A DNA stretch of 64,000 nucleotides. Origin: an uncultured delta proteobacterium. Lineage in GTDB: Bacteria; Myxococcota_A; Polyangia; Fen-1088. The position numbers and the translations under genes are program-made. The stretch is taken from positions 352,001 through 416,000 of the forward strand of contig CAWCMR010000005.1 in assembly GCA_963796685.1 (NCBI GenBank), written 5' to 3'. Shown here piece by piece: positions 41,034 to 52,723 of the stretch. The notes beneath the pieces are model-generated. The model had not been told where the DNA came from, made no database searches, and was given only the letters and a program-made list of their open reading frames with translations. The stretch's first letter is position 1, and every line of letters starts with the position of its first letter.

Positions 41034-42200
41034 TTGCACATCGGAATCAACGCCCTGTATCTGCTGCCTGGCAAGGTGGGCGGGGCGGAAACCTACACAC
41101 GCAACCTGGTCAAGGGGCTGGTCGCCGCTCGACCGGAGGACACCTATTCCATCTTCATCAACCAGGAGAGCGCCGGCATCTTCGAGTCCCTGGCGCCCGG
41201 AATCAACGTGGTTCCCTGCCCCATCAAAGCCAGCCGCCGTCCCGTCAGGATCCTGTGGGAGCAAGGCGTGCTCCCTTTCCAGGTGCGCGCGCGCAAGATC
41301 GACGTCCTGCTGTCCACCGGGCTGACAGCGCCCTTCTATTGCCCGACGAAATCCATCCTGGTGCTCTACGACCTTCAGCACGTCAACCAGCCGCAGAACT
41401 TCCCCAAGTCGTATCTCTTGTTTCTCAAGAGCATCATCTACGCCAGCGCGAAGAGCGCGGATGCCATCCTGACCATCTCGAATCACGTCAAGAACGACAT
41501 CGTGAATTTCTATCACATCCCACCCGAGCGCATCGAGGTGACCCACCTTGGCGTCGATCGCGAGCTGTTCGACGTGAACCGACGCCCCTTGACCCCGGCC
41601 ATTCGGCAGAAATACGGGCTGCCCGAACGCTACCTTCTCTACGGGGCAGCCTCGCTTCCGCACAAGAACCACCCCAGGCTGTTCGCGGCCTTGCAGTACG
41701 CCAAAAAGCAGATCCCGGAACTGAAGCTCGTCTTGACCGGCGCGCGCGACAAGGGCGAGGACGCGCTGGCCAGCGAGATTCGCCGCCTGGGTTTGCAAGA
41801 CGACGTGGTCCTGCTCGGCTGGATCCCCTTCGAGGATGTTCCCCCCATCTACGCCGGCTGCGAAGCCTTCGTGTTCCCCACCCTGCACGAGGGTTTCGGT
41901 CTGCCCGTCATCGAGGCCATGGCGTGCGGCGTGCCGGTCCTCTGTTCTCGCATCGAGCCGCTCATCGAGGTGGCGGGCGATGCCGCGATCTTCTTCAATC
42001 CGCTCGACCCCGAAAGCATCGGCCAAGCCATCGTGTCCCTCCTGACCCACCCGGCGGCGCGCGCGGAATGGGTGCAAAAGGGCCTTCGGCGCGCGCAAGC
42101 CTTCACCTGGGAAGAGACCGCCAGAAAGACCCTCGCCTTCATCGATTCCGTGGTGGGGGGTGCGACCCACGCCGCCCCCGATACCGCGGCGCCGAGATAG
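41034..42200 (+). CDS. GT4 glycosyltransferase
   Basis: GGAETY, PHKN, FPTLHEGFGLPVIEAMACG. Confidence 0.9.
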   Translation: MHIGINALYLLPGKVGGAETYTRNLVKGLVAARPEDTYSIFINQESAGIFESLAPGINVVPCPIKASRRPVRILWEQGVLPFQVRARKIDVLLSTGLTAPFYCPTKSILVLYDLQHVNQPQNFPKSYLLFLKSIIYASAKSADAILTISNHVKNDIVNFYHIPPERIEVTHLGVDRELFDVNRRPLTPAIRQKYGLPERYLLYGAASLPHKNHPRLFAALQYAKKQIPELKLVLTGARDKGEDALASEIRRLGLQDDVVLLGWIPFEDVPPIYAGCEAFVFPTLHEGFGLPVIEAMACGVPVLCSRIEPLIEVAGDAAIFFNPLDPESIGQAIVSLLTHPAARAEWVQKGLRRAQAFTWEETARKTLAFIDSVVGGATHAAPDTAAPR

Positions 42201-42210
42201 ACGCGGGCGC

Positions 42211-42813
42211 TCAGGCCCGCTTGCGCGCCAGCAGCACGAACTCGTTGTGCCGGAACAAGTGGCCGACGAACCGCGGGAAGGGGAAGGAGTAGTGCTTCTC
42301 CACCTCCAACCCGAGGCTGGTGGCCAGGCGGGTGAGCGCCGTGAAGTCGAACAGCTCCACGTGGGTCGGATCCGAGCGAAATCCCACTTCCTGCGGGGTG
42401 ATCAAGACCACGCGTGCGCCCACCCGGATGAAGGGCAGGTAGGTGGCGACCAGCGCGCGGGCTTCGTCGAAGTGCATGTGCTCGGCGACGTGCGAAAGCA
42501 GCAGGGCATCGAAGCGCCCGGGATGGCCGTACTCGGAGGCGAAGAACTCCTCGGGTAGGAAGGCGGTGTAGCCGCGCTCGCGAACCGTGGCCACCGACTC
42601 GGGGTTGTGGTCGACGCCCACGCCCTTGCCGGCCAGGTTGTGAAGGTTCCTTCCCAAACCGCAACCGACGTCCAAGACAAGACCGAGGTCCAGCGAGCGC
42701 AGATGGCGCCGGTAGGGCCGCTGCACGTCGAGCAGCCGCTTCCACCACAGAGACTCCTGGCGCCTCAACCACTTGGTGTAGTCGGCGTCACTGGTGCGGG
42801 TCCGGGCCTTCAT
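42211..42813 (-). CDS. Class I SAM-dependent methyltransferase
   Basis: VLDVGCGLG, FDALLLSHVAEH, DPTH. Confidence 0.85.
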   Translation of the reverse strand: MKARTRTSDADYTKWLRRQESLWWKRLLDVQRPYRRHLRSLDLGLVLDVGCGLGRNLHNLAGKGVGVDHNPESVATVRERGYTAFLPEEFFASEYGHPGRFDALLLSHVAEHMHFDEARALVATYLPFIRVGARVVLITPQEVGFRSDPTHVELFDFTALTRLATSLGLEVEKHYSFPFPRFVGHLFRHNEFVLLARKRA

Positions 42814-42870
42814 GACGCCAACCTAGCAGCGCCGGGCTGGCCGGTCCACTGGCGCGGACAAGCGCATCGA

Positions 42871-44020
42871 TCACCCGGCCAGCACCCGCCGGTACAGGGC
42901 CTCGTAGCGATCGATAGCCGGACCCGGTCGAAACCGCATTTCGGCCACGTGGCGGGCCGCGCGCGACATGCGCCGCCGCAAGTCCTCGTCGGTAAGCAGG
43001 CGCCGCACGTGCTTGGCCATGCCCGCGATGTCGCCGGGCGCGGCCAGGAAACCGGTCTCGCCATCCACCACGACCTCGGGGAGGCCGCCCACGTCGGAAG
43101 CCACCACGGGAACGCCGCAGGCCATGGCTTCGAGCGCGGCCAGGCCGAAGCTTTCGGTCAGGCTGGGCAGCAAGAAGAGGTCGCTGTGCTGCAGCAGCGA
43201 GACCAGAATCGCTCTTCTCGCCCAGGAAGCGAACGTGCGATGCAAGGCCCAGGGACGCAACCAGGGCCTCGACGCGCGACCGCTCGGGCCCCTCGCCCAC
43301 CAGATCGAGCCGCGACGGGACCTCGGCCCGCACGGCTGCGAAGATGTGCACCACGTCGTCCACGCGCTTGAGCGCCCGAAAGTTCGAGATGTGGGTCAGG
43401 ACGCGTGGGCGCGGGGCCGGGCCGGCGCCGGGACCAGCGCGCCCATCGGATGGCCGGAAGGCATCGGTGTCCACGAAGTTGGGAATCACCTCGATGGCCA
43501 CCTCGCGGGGAAGGCCGAGCTCTCGGTACGCGGCCTCGGCCAGCCAGCGCGAGGGCGCGGTGATGGCATCGCTTTGGCTCACGGCAAAGCGGGCAAGGGG
43601 CTGAAATCGAGGATCCGACCCGACCAAGGAAACGTCGGTTCCGTGCAGGGTGGTCACCATCTTGGGCGCACAGAGCCCCAGCACCTGGCGGGCCAGAAAA
43701 CCGCTGACCGCGTGCGGGATGGCGTAATGCAGATGAAAAAGGTCCAATTTTTCCGCCCGCGCCACCTCGATCATCTTGGCGCTCAACGCCAAGGCGTAGG
43801 AGCGCTCGGCCAGCAAGGGATAGTCGAGCGACTCGACCTGGTGGCAGGTGACATTCGGGGAATCGGGATCCAGCCGCACGGGCGGCCGGTCGCTGAGGAT
43901 GCACACGCGGTGGCCGCGGCGGCCGAGCGCCATGCCGATCTCCGTGGCCACCACGCCGCTTCCGCCGAAGGTGGAGAAACAGGCGATTCCGATGCGCAGG
44001 CTGGGCCGCGAGACCATCAT
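42871..44020 (-). pseudogene. bshA: BshA glycosyltransferase, frameshifted (+1 at about 43207; possibly an assembly error)
   Basis: GGSGVVATE, HLHYAIPHA, TTLHGTD, HISNFR..KR in one frame; ESFGLAALEAMACG in another. Confidence 0.85.
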
Positions 44021-45648
44021 GGCTCCAAGTCTTGAATGTCGGTGGCGAAAGGGCTGACCGCGCCGAGCCTGTCCATCACCAGGCGCTTGAGGGCCATGAC
44101 CCCCACGCGGCCGGCCAGGGACGGCCAGCCGTAATAGCGCTCTTGCGGCGTCCGGTGCGGAAACAGGGCCAGCTCCAAGCGGCGGATGCGGCGCAAGGTG
44201 GTTTCGTCGCGCTCCACCAAGGTGCGGGCATAGCGATCGATCAGGCGCCCCAGTCCGTGCGCCACGCTGGCACGTACGCGCCGGGCCGGCCGTTGCAGGC
44301 GAGGGCCGGCCGCCTCGACGGCGGCGGCGATCTTCTCCAGCGCAGGCGCGATGGCATGGTCGACCAAGGCGCGCAGCTCCTCGGGACTGGCCGCGCCCGA
44401 GGGGATGGCGGCGGGCAGGCGCGCGTGCAACACCTCGGGTGGTGCCGACAGATCCGCGGCGCCGAGCCCGAGCTGCGCCAGCCACCTGCGCGTGCGGGCA
44501 TCCACGCAACGAAAACGTGCGCGCGGCACCAGCAGCGGCGGCGTCAGGCCAAAGTGCGCGTACAGGGGCGAAAGCTGGGCGAAGTAGTTGATCTCACCCG
44601 GTCCCCCGACGTAGGCCACCGTCGGCAACAGGGTGTCTTGGACGATGGGGCGAAGCAGCGCCGAGGTGGAAAAGCGCAGGGGCGCGCTCGCCAGCGTGCG
44701 CAGGATCTCCTGGTGGCCGAAGACTTCCGGACTGCCGGCCAACCCCCAGGACGCGTCGCCGGTGCTTGCGACTTTGCGTTGGATGCGAAAGCGGGGACCG
44801 GTTTCGCCGTCGCGATGGAAGAAGACGAGCGCGCCGCGCTCGCGAACCGCCACTTGTTCGTCGAAACCGGCCGCAGCCAAGGCGGCGTGCCGCTCTTGCA
44901 GCCTCGCCTCGATGGCTTCGCTCTCGTCCAGGCAGACGTGGTAGATGGGCGCGGCCTGCTCCGCCACCCGCGCGTCGCGAGGATTGAAGACCAGCAGCCC
45001 CTCCTCGGCGAACACAGCGGCGATCACCCGTGCGAAGGCCCGGGCCATGGATTGCCCCGGCCGATAGTGCTCGCGCAGAAGGGCCAGTGTCTCTTCGGCA
45101 GCCGGGCCCGGTTCGAGGGTCTCGGCCAGGGTGTCGAGTAGCCCGGTCACCTGGGCGGGCAGCGTGCGGTGGGCAACCGAGGCGCGCGCCTGGCCTTCAT
45201 CGGGCAAAACCAGACGAATCGGCTCCCCATCTCGCCCCGCGACCACGCACGAACAGATCTCCTCGAAGTCGTGATCCTCGGTTTGCAGCCAGAAGAGCGG
45301 CACGCAGCGCACGCCGGACTCGGCTTCCATGGCGCGCGCCACGGCGATGGCCGAGGCTGCCTTGTAGAAAGCATAGAGCGGACCCAGGAAGAGCCCGACC
45401 TGCTGGCCGGTGGCGACGACGGCGGTTTGTCCCGCGGCCAGCTTGTCCAGGTTGGCCTGGCGAGCCGGGCTGGGCGGTAAATCCGACTGCTGCTCGCGCA
45501 AGACCTCCAGCACCGCAGGCGCCACGTCACGCCCTGCGGCAAGAAGGGCGCGCTCGATGCGCGCCGCCGGCTCGCGGAAGCGAGACGCGAAGAACGCATG
45601 TGCAGCAGGCTCACCTGCGAGGTAGGAATTGGAAAATGCGCGGCCCAC
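44017..45648 (-). CDS. bshC: Bacillithiol cysteine-adding enzyme BshC
   Basis: ATGQQVGLFLGPLY..YK, FWLQTEDHD, ALLRP..QD, YVGGPGE..Y, PQER. Confidence 0.92.
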   Translation of the reverse strand: MGRAFSNSYLAGEPAAHAFFASRFREPAARIERALLAAGRDVAPAVLEVLREQQSDLPPSPARQANLDKLAAGQTAVVATGQQVGLFLGPLYAFYKAASAIAVARAMEAESGVRCVPLFWLQTEDHDFEEICSCVVAGRDGEPIRLVLPDEGQARASVAHRTLPAQVTGLLDTLAETLEPGPAAEETLALLREHYRPGQSMARAFARVIAAVFAEEGLLVFNPRDARVAEQAAPIYHVCLDESEAIEARLQERHAALAAAGFDEQVAVRERGALVFFHRDGETGPRFRIQRKVASTGDASWGLAGSPEVFGHQEILRTLASAPLRFSTSALLRPIVQDTLLPTVAYVGGPGEINYFAQLSPLYAHFGLTPPLLVPRARFRCVDARTRRWLAQLGLGAADLSAPPEVLHARLPAAIPSGAASPEELRALVDHAIAPALEKIAAAVEAAGPRLQRPARRVRASVAHGLGRLIDRYARTLVERDETTLRRIRRLELALFPHRTPQERYYGWPSLAGRVGVMALKRLVMDRLGAVSPFATDIQDLEP

Positions 45649-45680
45649 TGTTGGCGGTCAGTATACTCGGCAGAGCTTGC

Positions 45681-48274
45681 TTGTCCCGGAGGAGCCTCGG
45701 CTTCTTCGTAGCGATTGCGATCCCGATCATGTCCCTCATCTCCCTCATGTCCCTCATCCCCCTCGAGGCCAACGCCAGCCCACCCCCGCCCCAGCCCGAC
45801 GCGGCCGAGATCCAGCTTGGCCTGCGCAAGCTGGGAGTGGTGGGTAGCGTCCTTTACGTGGCCGCCCATCCCGACGACGAGAACACCAACCTCCTCGCCT
45901 ATCTGTCGAAGGAAAAGCTGGTGCGCACGGCCTATCTCTCGCTCACGCGCGGGGACGGCGGGCAGAACCTGATCGGCTCCGAGCAAGGTCCTGACCTGGG
46001 CGTCATCCGCACACAGGAGTTGCTGGCGGCGCGCCGGCTCGACGGGGCCGAGCAGTTTTTCACCCGGGCGCGCGACTTCGGCTACTCGAAGAATCCCGAG
46101 GAAACCCTTCGCATCTGGGGCAAGGACGCCGTGCTGGCCGATGTGGTCCAGGTCATTCGCCGCTTTCGTCCCGACGTCATCGTCACGCGCTTCTCGCCCG
46201 AGGTGAGCGAGACGCACGGGCACCACACCGCCTCGGCGCAGCTTGCCCTCGAGGCCTTTCACGCGGCGGCGGATGCGAATTTCCACCCCGAGCAGCTTAA
46301 CGCCGACGTGCGGCCGTGGCAGGCGCGCCGGATCCTCTGGAACCGCTCGTCGTGGAGCATCACCCCCGGCGACGACCTGTCGGGCTTCCTGAAGATGGAC
46401 GTGAACGCCTACATTCCGTTGCTCGGCATTTCGTGCGGCGAGCTGGCCGCGGACAGCCGCAGCATGCACAAAAGCCAGGGGTTCGGGGTGGCGCCCACGC
46501 GTGCGCCCATCATCGAGTACTTCAAGCTGCTCGCCGAGTCCGAGCCTTCGGCGCCGCTCCACGGCTCCGTGCTCGACGGGCTCGACTTCTCATGGGCGCG
46601 CTTCAAGGGCACCTCCGCGCTCAGACGCCTGGTCGAGCGCACCTTGCGCGCGTTCGAGCCGGCGGCCCCGTACAAGAGCATCCCAGCCCTGGTCCAAATC
46701 GACCAGGCCTTGGACAGCGTGGCCGATGCGGGTTGGCGGACCAAGAAGAAGGCCGAGGTTCGCGACCTCATCCTGGCCTGCGCCGGGCTATTCAGCGAAG
46801 CGACCTCGGCCGACTACCGGGTCGTGCCCGGCGCCTCCATCGAGGTCACCGCGACTGCCGTCAACCGCTCGCCGGCGAAGATCGCCCTGCGCGAGGTTCG
46901 CTTCCTGGGCGGCGCGATCGCGGACGGGCACGGCGCTGCCGATGGGCACCAGGCGCGCGTAGACAAGCCGCTCGGTACGGCGGAGGTGAAGCGGGTCCTG
47001 CGCGTGCCGTCCAGCTCCCCTTGACCACACCGTATTGGTTGGCGTTGCCGCCCGAGCCGGGACTGTTTCGCGTCCAGGATCCCTCGCTGATCGGTCTTGC
47101 CGAGGCCGAGTCGCCCCTCGCCGTCGAATTCGTGCTCGACATCGACGGCCACGCCCTGACGGTCCGCCGCCCCATCGACTTCAAGTGGACCGATCCGGTG
47201 GCGGGCGAGCGCCACCGTCCTCTCGAGGTCACGCCCGCAGTTTCGGTGCGCCCCGCCACCAAGGTCCTCATGTTCCCGCGCGGCGAGGCGCGCACGCTGT
47301 CCGTTCGCCTGACGGCCGGCGCCCCCTCCGTCGCTGGCACGCTTCGCCTGGAGATGCCGGCAGGGTGGTCTGCGACCCCTGCCACGCAACCCTTCGCGCT
47401 TTCGGGCAAAGGCGCGGAAGCCGAGCTCGCCTTTCACGTTCAGCCGCCGCCGCCAAGCAACGGCCAGCAAGATTCCTCGACCCTGCGCGCGGTGGCCGAC
47501 GTCGGTGCGCTCCACCTTTCCCAGGGAGCAATCCATATCGAGCACGCCCATATCCCCATCCAGACCGTGCTCGACCGCTCGGACGTGCGTTTGGTCTCGT
47601 TCGCCATCGAGCGGCAAGGAAGCAAGATTGGCTACATCCCCGGGCCGGGCGACGAAGTCCCGGCCGCGCTTCGCCAGGTCGGCTACGAGGTCACGTCCAT
47701 CGGCGACGACGTGCTCGCCGGCCTCGTCCCCGGCAGTCCCGCGTTGGCCCGCTTCGATGCCATCGTCATAGGCGTGCGCGCCTTCAACACCGACGAGACG
47801 CTGCGCCGGGCGCACGCGGCCCTCATGGCCTACGTCGAGGCCGGCGGCACCCTGGTCGCGCAGTACAACACCAACAATCGTCTGGCCCCGCTGGCGACGC
47901 CCATCGGGCCCTTCCCCTTCGAGATTGGCCACGAGCGCGTGACCGACGAATCCGCCGCCGTTCACTTCCTTCATCCCGATCAACGCATCCTCGACGCCCC
48001 CAATCGCATCACTGCGCGTGACTTCGACGGCTGGATCCAAGAGCGCGGGCTGTACTTCGCGTCGACCTGGGATCCGCGCTACCAGACCGTGCTCGGCATG
48101 AACGATCCTGGTGAGCCGAGCCTGGACGGTGGCCTGTTGTGGGTACGCCACGGCAAGGGGGTCTTCATCTACACCGGCCTGGCCATCTTCCGTCAGTTGC
48201 CGGCCGGCGTTCCCGGCGCGTTCCGACTGTTCGCCAATCTCTTGGCCGCGGGACATGAGCAAGATGCCCGATGA
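45681..48274 (+). pseudogene. Secreted long-form PIG-L/LmbE deacetylase, frameshifted (-1 at about 47015; possibly an assembly error)
   Basis: AHPDDE, RGDGGQN, HGHH; continues LPLTTPYWL to FRQLPAGVPGAFRLFANL in a second frame; TTG start gives a signal peptide. Confidence 0.8.
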
Positions 48275-48386
48275 GACGCCGCCCTCGGCCCCGCCGCTGA
48301 GCTGGACAGCGCTTTACCTCATCGTCGCCGGGACGCTGGTCTTGGAAATCGCCGCCTTCGCGGCCTTCACCTGGATCTACCGGTGA
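48255..48386 (+). CDS. Small single-TM protein upstream of the sodium:solute symporter
   Basis: One TM helix; GTGA overlap with the symporter start. Confidence 0.55.
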   Translation: MSKMPDETPPSAPPLSWTALYLIVAGTLVLEIAAFAAFTWIYR

Positions 48387-50104
48387 GCGCGCTCGACTGG
48401 GTGGTGCTGCTCGGCACCCTCGCCGCCATCGTTGGCTATGGCACCTGGAAGGCGCGCGGCCGGCAAGACATGGCCCACTACCTGCGCGGCGGGGAAGACA
48501 AGTGGCACACCATTGGCCTGTCCGTCATGGCCACGCAGGCCAGTGCCATCACCTTTCTCTCCATGCCGGGTCAGGCGTACCAAGACGGCATGCGCTTCAT
48601 CCAGTTCTACTTCGGCCTGCCGCTGGCTATGATCGTGCTGTCGGTCGTCTTTCTGCCCCGCTATTTTCAGTTGCGCGTGTTCACGGCCTACGAGCTCCTC
48701 GAGACGCGCTTCGACCGCAAGACCCGGCAGTTGACGGCGTTCCTGTTCCTGCTCCAGCGCGGCCTTTCCGCCGGCATCACCATCTACGCGCCCGCCATCA
48801 TCCTGTCGTCCGTGCTGGGCTGGCCCTTCCGGCTGACGTGCCTGGGCATCGGCGGCGTGGTCATCGTGTACACCGTCATCGGCGGCACCCGGGCGGTCAG
48901 CCAGACGCAAAAGCAGCAGATGCTGGTCATGCTGGGCGGGCTGGTCGTCGCGTTCGTCCTCATCGTCGCGCGCCTGCCGTCCGAGGTCTCCTTCCGCAAC
49001 GCCCTGCACATCGCGGGCACGCTGGGCAAGCTGAACGCGGTCGATCTCTCCGTCGATCCGCGCGCGCGCTACACGCTTTGGTCGGGGCTGCTCGGCGGTT
49101 TCTTTCTGGCCATGGCCTACTTCGGCACCGATCAATCGCAGGTGCAACGCTACCTCGGCGCCCACAGCACCACCGAGAGCCGGCTTGGCCTGCTGTTCAA
49201 CGGGCTGGTCAAGATCCCGATGCAGTCGCTGATTTTGTTCGTGGGCGTGATGCTCTTCGTCTTCTACCAATTCAACGCGCCCCCGGTCTTCTTCAACCAG
49301 GTCGCGCTCGCGCGCGCCAAGCACACCGCCTTCGCCGGCAAGCTCTCGTCCCTCGAACGGGCGCACGCGGACGCCTTCGCGCACAAGCGCAACGAGATCC
49401 AGGGGCTGGACCAGGCGCTGCGCCGGGGCGACGCCACGGCGATTGCAGCCAGCGAAGCGCGGGTGCGCGCGGCCGAGGCTACCTCGGCGACCATTCGCCT
49501 GGAGGCCAAGCAAACCATCGCCCAGGCCCTGCCCGGCGCCAACACCAAGGATGCCGACTACATCTTCCTGTCGTTCGTCATGCGCAACTTGCCGCGCGGG
49601 CTGGTGGGTCTGTTGCTGGTGGTCATCTTCTGCGCGGCCATGTCGGCCGTGGCCGGCGAGCTGTCGGCGCTGGCGTCGACCACGGTGGTGGACTTCTACC
49701 GTCGTAGCGTGCGCAAGGACGCCTCCGACGCGCACTATGTCCGGGCGGCGAAATGGTTCACGGCAGGCTGGGGCGTGCTGGCCGTCCTGTTCGCGACCTT
49801 CGCTTCGCTGATCGACAATTTGATCCAGGCCGTGAACATCCTCGGCTCGCTCTTCTACGGCACCATCCTGGGCATCTTCCTGGTGGCGTTTTCCCGCCAC
49901 GTGGTGCGCGGGACCGCCGTGTTTCTCGCGGCCATCGTCGCCGAGGCCATCGTCGTCGGCGTCTTCCTGGGCACGGACATCAGCTTCCTCTGGTACAACG
50001 TCATCGGCTGCGTGAGCGTGGTGCTGCTGGCGGCCGTTCTGCAAATGGTCTTGCCCGGCCCGCATCTCCAAGGCGCACCGGCGCGTCCTCGGTCAGAAGC
50101 TTGA
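48383..50104 (+). CDS. Sodium:solute symporter (SSS)
   Basis: ATQASAITF, TAYELLETRF, YFGTDQSQVQRYL; many TM helices. Confidence 0.92.
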   Translation: MSALDWVVLLGTLAAIVGYGTWKARGRQDMAHYLRGGEDKWHTIGLSVMATQASAITFLSMPGQAYQDGMRFIQFYFGLPLAMIVLSVVFLPRYFQLRVFTAYELLETRFDRKTRQLTAFLFLLQRGLSAGITIYAPAIILSSVLGWPFRLTCLGIGGVVIVYTVIGGTRAVSQTQKQQMLVMLGGLVVAFVLIVARLPSEVSFRNALHIAGTLGKLNAVDLSVDPRARYTLWSGLLGGFFLAMAYFGTDQSQVQRYLGAHSTTESRLGLLFNGLVKIPMQSLILFVGVMLFVFYQFNAPPVFFNQVALARAKHTAFAGKLSSLERAHADAFAHKRNEIQGLDQALRRGDATAIAASEARVRAAEATSATIRLEAKQTIAQALPGANTKDADYIFLSFVMRNLPRGLVGLLLVVIFCAAMSAVAGELSALASTTVVDFYRRSVRKDASDAHYVRAAKWFTAGWGVLAVLFATFASLIDNLIQAVNILGSLFYGTILGIFLVAFSRHVVRGTAVFLAAIVAEAIVVGVFLGTDISFLWYNVIGCVSVVLLAAVLQMVLPGPHLQGAPARPRSEA

Positions 50105-51410
50105 GCATCTCCTCGGCCGGGGCACGTATCTCCGGGCTGAGATGAGAAAGACCTTTCTCTGGCGTGACGGCCACGCACAACGCTTCGTAGAGCGGCGAGA
50201 GACGCTCGTCCATTCCAGTCTCCTTAAGGAGCTCAATGGCTTTCTTGCCCACCCCGTGCTTAAGACACGTCTGACAAAACATCGTCAATTCCACCACGAC
50301 CACCCCGGCCGGCGTGTTATCGGATGAGTCGAGACTGCCAAGGACTTGCGCTACTCGGCGTCTGGCCAAGAGCCAATCACCTTTGTCAAGCCATGACATC
50401 GCTGAGAAGATGAGCGCTTGCCGTGCCGCGATGCTACTGACCTCCAACGCCCGCAGGACCACGGCGTCGGGAAAGCCTGTCTTGGAGAGGCCATCGCCCA
50501 CCACAAAAGGAGTATCGAGCACATCCTCCGACCGGGCGCTAAGAGAGAGAAAATGATCGACTTCTTCCGGTCTCGAAAACTCAGGCAGAGCGGGAAGATC
50601 GCCGCGTCCGATGGCTTCAAGGACCCTTGGATCAATGGGTAGACCCGAACCTGGCAACTTCGTCCCTAGCAAATCACGCTTCTTGCTGTAGTTGCCTGTC
50701 AGGACCTTTGCAAACGTGATCTTGTATCGCATCGACAACACGGGATTGCATGCCAGAGCCTCCGCAAATCGCTTGGCCGTCATTCCCTTCGGCCACCTCA
50801 CCTTGGCCTTGAGGATATTCGCGCGCACGTCCCGCAGCGCCCGCGCGCGATCCACGACGGGGGCCAGATGGGCGTCCTCGCCCGCGAGGTCGAGAAGCTC
50901 ACGAAGCTCGCTCATCCGGCCACACTCTTCGAGCAGAACATGGATGGCGCGCAGCTTGAGTTGCCTGCGCAAGGCGGGCTCGTCGATCGCCGAGGCGAAG
51001 GCGAACAGCTTGGCCGTCCCGCCGGCGATCGCTCTTTGGCCTGCAGTCGTGGCCAGGAGATCCTCGGCCCGGCGCCGCAACTCCCGATCGCCATAGAAGA
51101 CCCGCAAGAACTCGACCAGCCATCTCAAGCGCCGCCGCAAACGGCGGCTCGCGCGCATCAGGTACCAGATGTTGAAGAAACGCTCGGCCATCTGAAACCC
51201 GAGCTTGCCGGTCTCGGACAGGGACACCTTCGAGAGAACTCCCTGGCGACACAACCGGTCGAGCTGGGCGGACACGACGTTGATCCCGATCCGCGTGCGG
51301 CTTGCGCAGTCGGCAGCGGTCATCGGATGCCAGTGAAGCGCCACCGTGTTGACGATGAGCTGGCTTTGGGTCGGTAGATCCTCGAAGCGCGCCTTGTAGT
51401 AGGGCGAGGA
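50001..51410 (-). pseudogene. C-terminal remnant of an ATPase-wHTH-helical repeat protein
   Basis: PYYKARFEDLP, VSAQLDRL, ERFFNIWYLMR; no Walker A/B; runs about 100 bp into the SSS 3' end. Confidence 0.55.
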
Positions 51411-51452
51411 GGTGGGGGTTGTAGATTGTGGAGGCAAAGCGCTTCACGGAGG

Positions 51453-51915
51453 TCATCGCACGTGCCTCTCCCAGTAGCGGCGCAGGAGTCCTGAGCGAAA
51501 CCGCCAGCGACCTTGGTGCTCCACCAAGTAGCCGTCGTTAAGCAACACGTCGAGAAGCCAGATCAGGGTCGTGGTTCGTTCGGCAAGATCAGGAATCTGA
51601 ACGCCTAGACACTGGGACAAGGACGACATCGTGGCGCCCTTCGATTCACGCGCGCATGTCGCGAGAACGAGCCGTGCGAATTTGTCCTCCGGCGTGCCCA
51701 GCGCCTCGCGGAGCCGCCCCACCCACGAATTGAAATAGGTCTTGCGCGCCAGAAGCAGCGCTGGCGAGTCTCCTCGAGAAAACGGTCCGCGGTCGTTCCA
51801 TCGTAGGGACCAAGACGCCAGTCCCGAAGATCGTTGATGGTATCGGTAAGGAGGTACCGACGGGTCACGCTGTCCAGGCCCACCGAGCCGGCAAGGACGA
51901 ATCGGAGTTTTGCCA
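51453..51915 (-). pseudogene. Fragmented AAA-ATPase remnant (partner of the downstream ATPase)
   Basis: LRFVLAGSVGL..TINDL in one frame; LLDVLLNDGYL..WRFRSGLLRRYW in another. Confidence 0.55.
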
Positions 51916-52236
51916 GCGCGCAGCAGAGCATCCCAATCTGCGTGTGCTTCGGCTGGGAAGATTGGCGGGCGAAGCCCCGGAATCGCCAAGGCAGCATCCG
52001 CCAGCACGGCGGAGTGCCAGCTTGCGCCGGCCCGCTCTGGCAGACCCGCCACGCGTTCCAGTCGCACCAGAATCGCCTCGAACGCTTGGTATGCGTGATC
52101 GAGCGAGAGTGCCACAAGCGCGGCCTGGGCATCGCCGTGAAAGGGATCAGCGCCGCGGGCGCGGCCTAGATGAGTCTTCCCAATCGCGGTGACACTCGGC
52201 AGCCGCAAGGGCCGCGCGTGCTTCGGCCGGGCTCAC
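51916..52236 (-). pseudogene. Truncated HepT-like HEPN toxin
   Basis: LDHAYQAFEAIL, SWHSAVL, GLRPPIF; breaks at ALLR, before a full RxxxxH motif. Confidence 0.6.
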
Positions 52237-52610
52237 AAGGGCACTCCGTCCTTGCGAACGCGCTCCTTCAGCGAAACGGGCGCCTCCGACATTTCGATGA
52301 CATGGACATCCAGCCCACATGCGCGACCGACGAGCGAGGCCACCAGGAACGGATCGGAGCAGCCGTCTACCAACACGTCGATGTCGCTTCGCTCGCCCGG
52401 CTCTCCCCAGGCATACGAACCGAAGAGCCAGGCGTCGGCGCAGAGTCCCTCGGCTCGGGCACGCTCGATGGCGCCGCGAACGCCGGGCAACACGCCTCGG
52501 CGTCGAGCCTCGGACTGCTCCCCCTCCTTCGTCACTTCTTCCTCGAAATGCGCCCGTACGGCGCGACCGAAGGCGCGTACGAGGTCGGGATTCGGCAACC
52601 GCGGGAGCAT
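52233..52610 (-). CDS. MNT nucleotidyltransferase antitoxin
   Basis: WLFGSYAWG...SDIDVLV, LDV, KDGVPL. Confidence 0.8.
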   Translation of the reverse strand: MLPRLPNPDLVRAFGRAVRAHFEEEVTKEGEQSEARRRGVLPGVRGAIERARAEGLCADAWLFGSYAWGEPGERSDIDVLVDGCSDPFLVASLVGRACGLDVHVIEMSEAPVSLKERVRKDGVPL

Positions 52611-52723
52611 GGACACAGAATGACAGCAGGTATCACGCCGGGCAAGACCTACGAGCCCCGCAATACCGAGCACGGGGTCGCCCAGGCTGGGCACCAGCGG
52701 GAGCCCGGGGCGGGCACAAAAAC

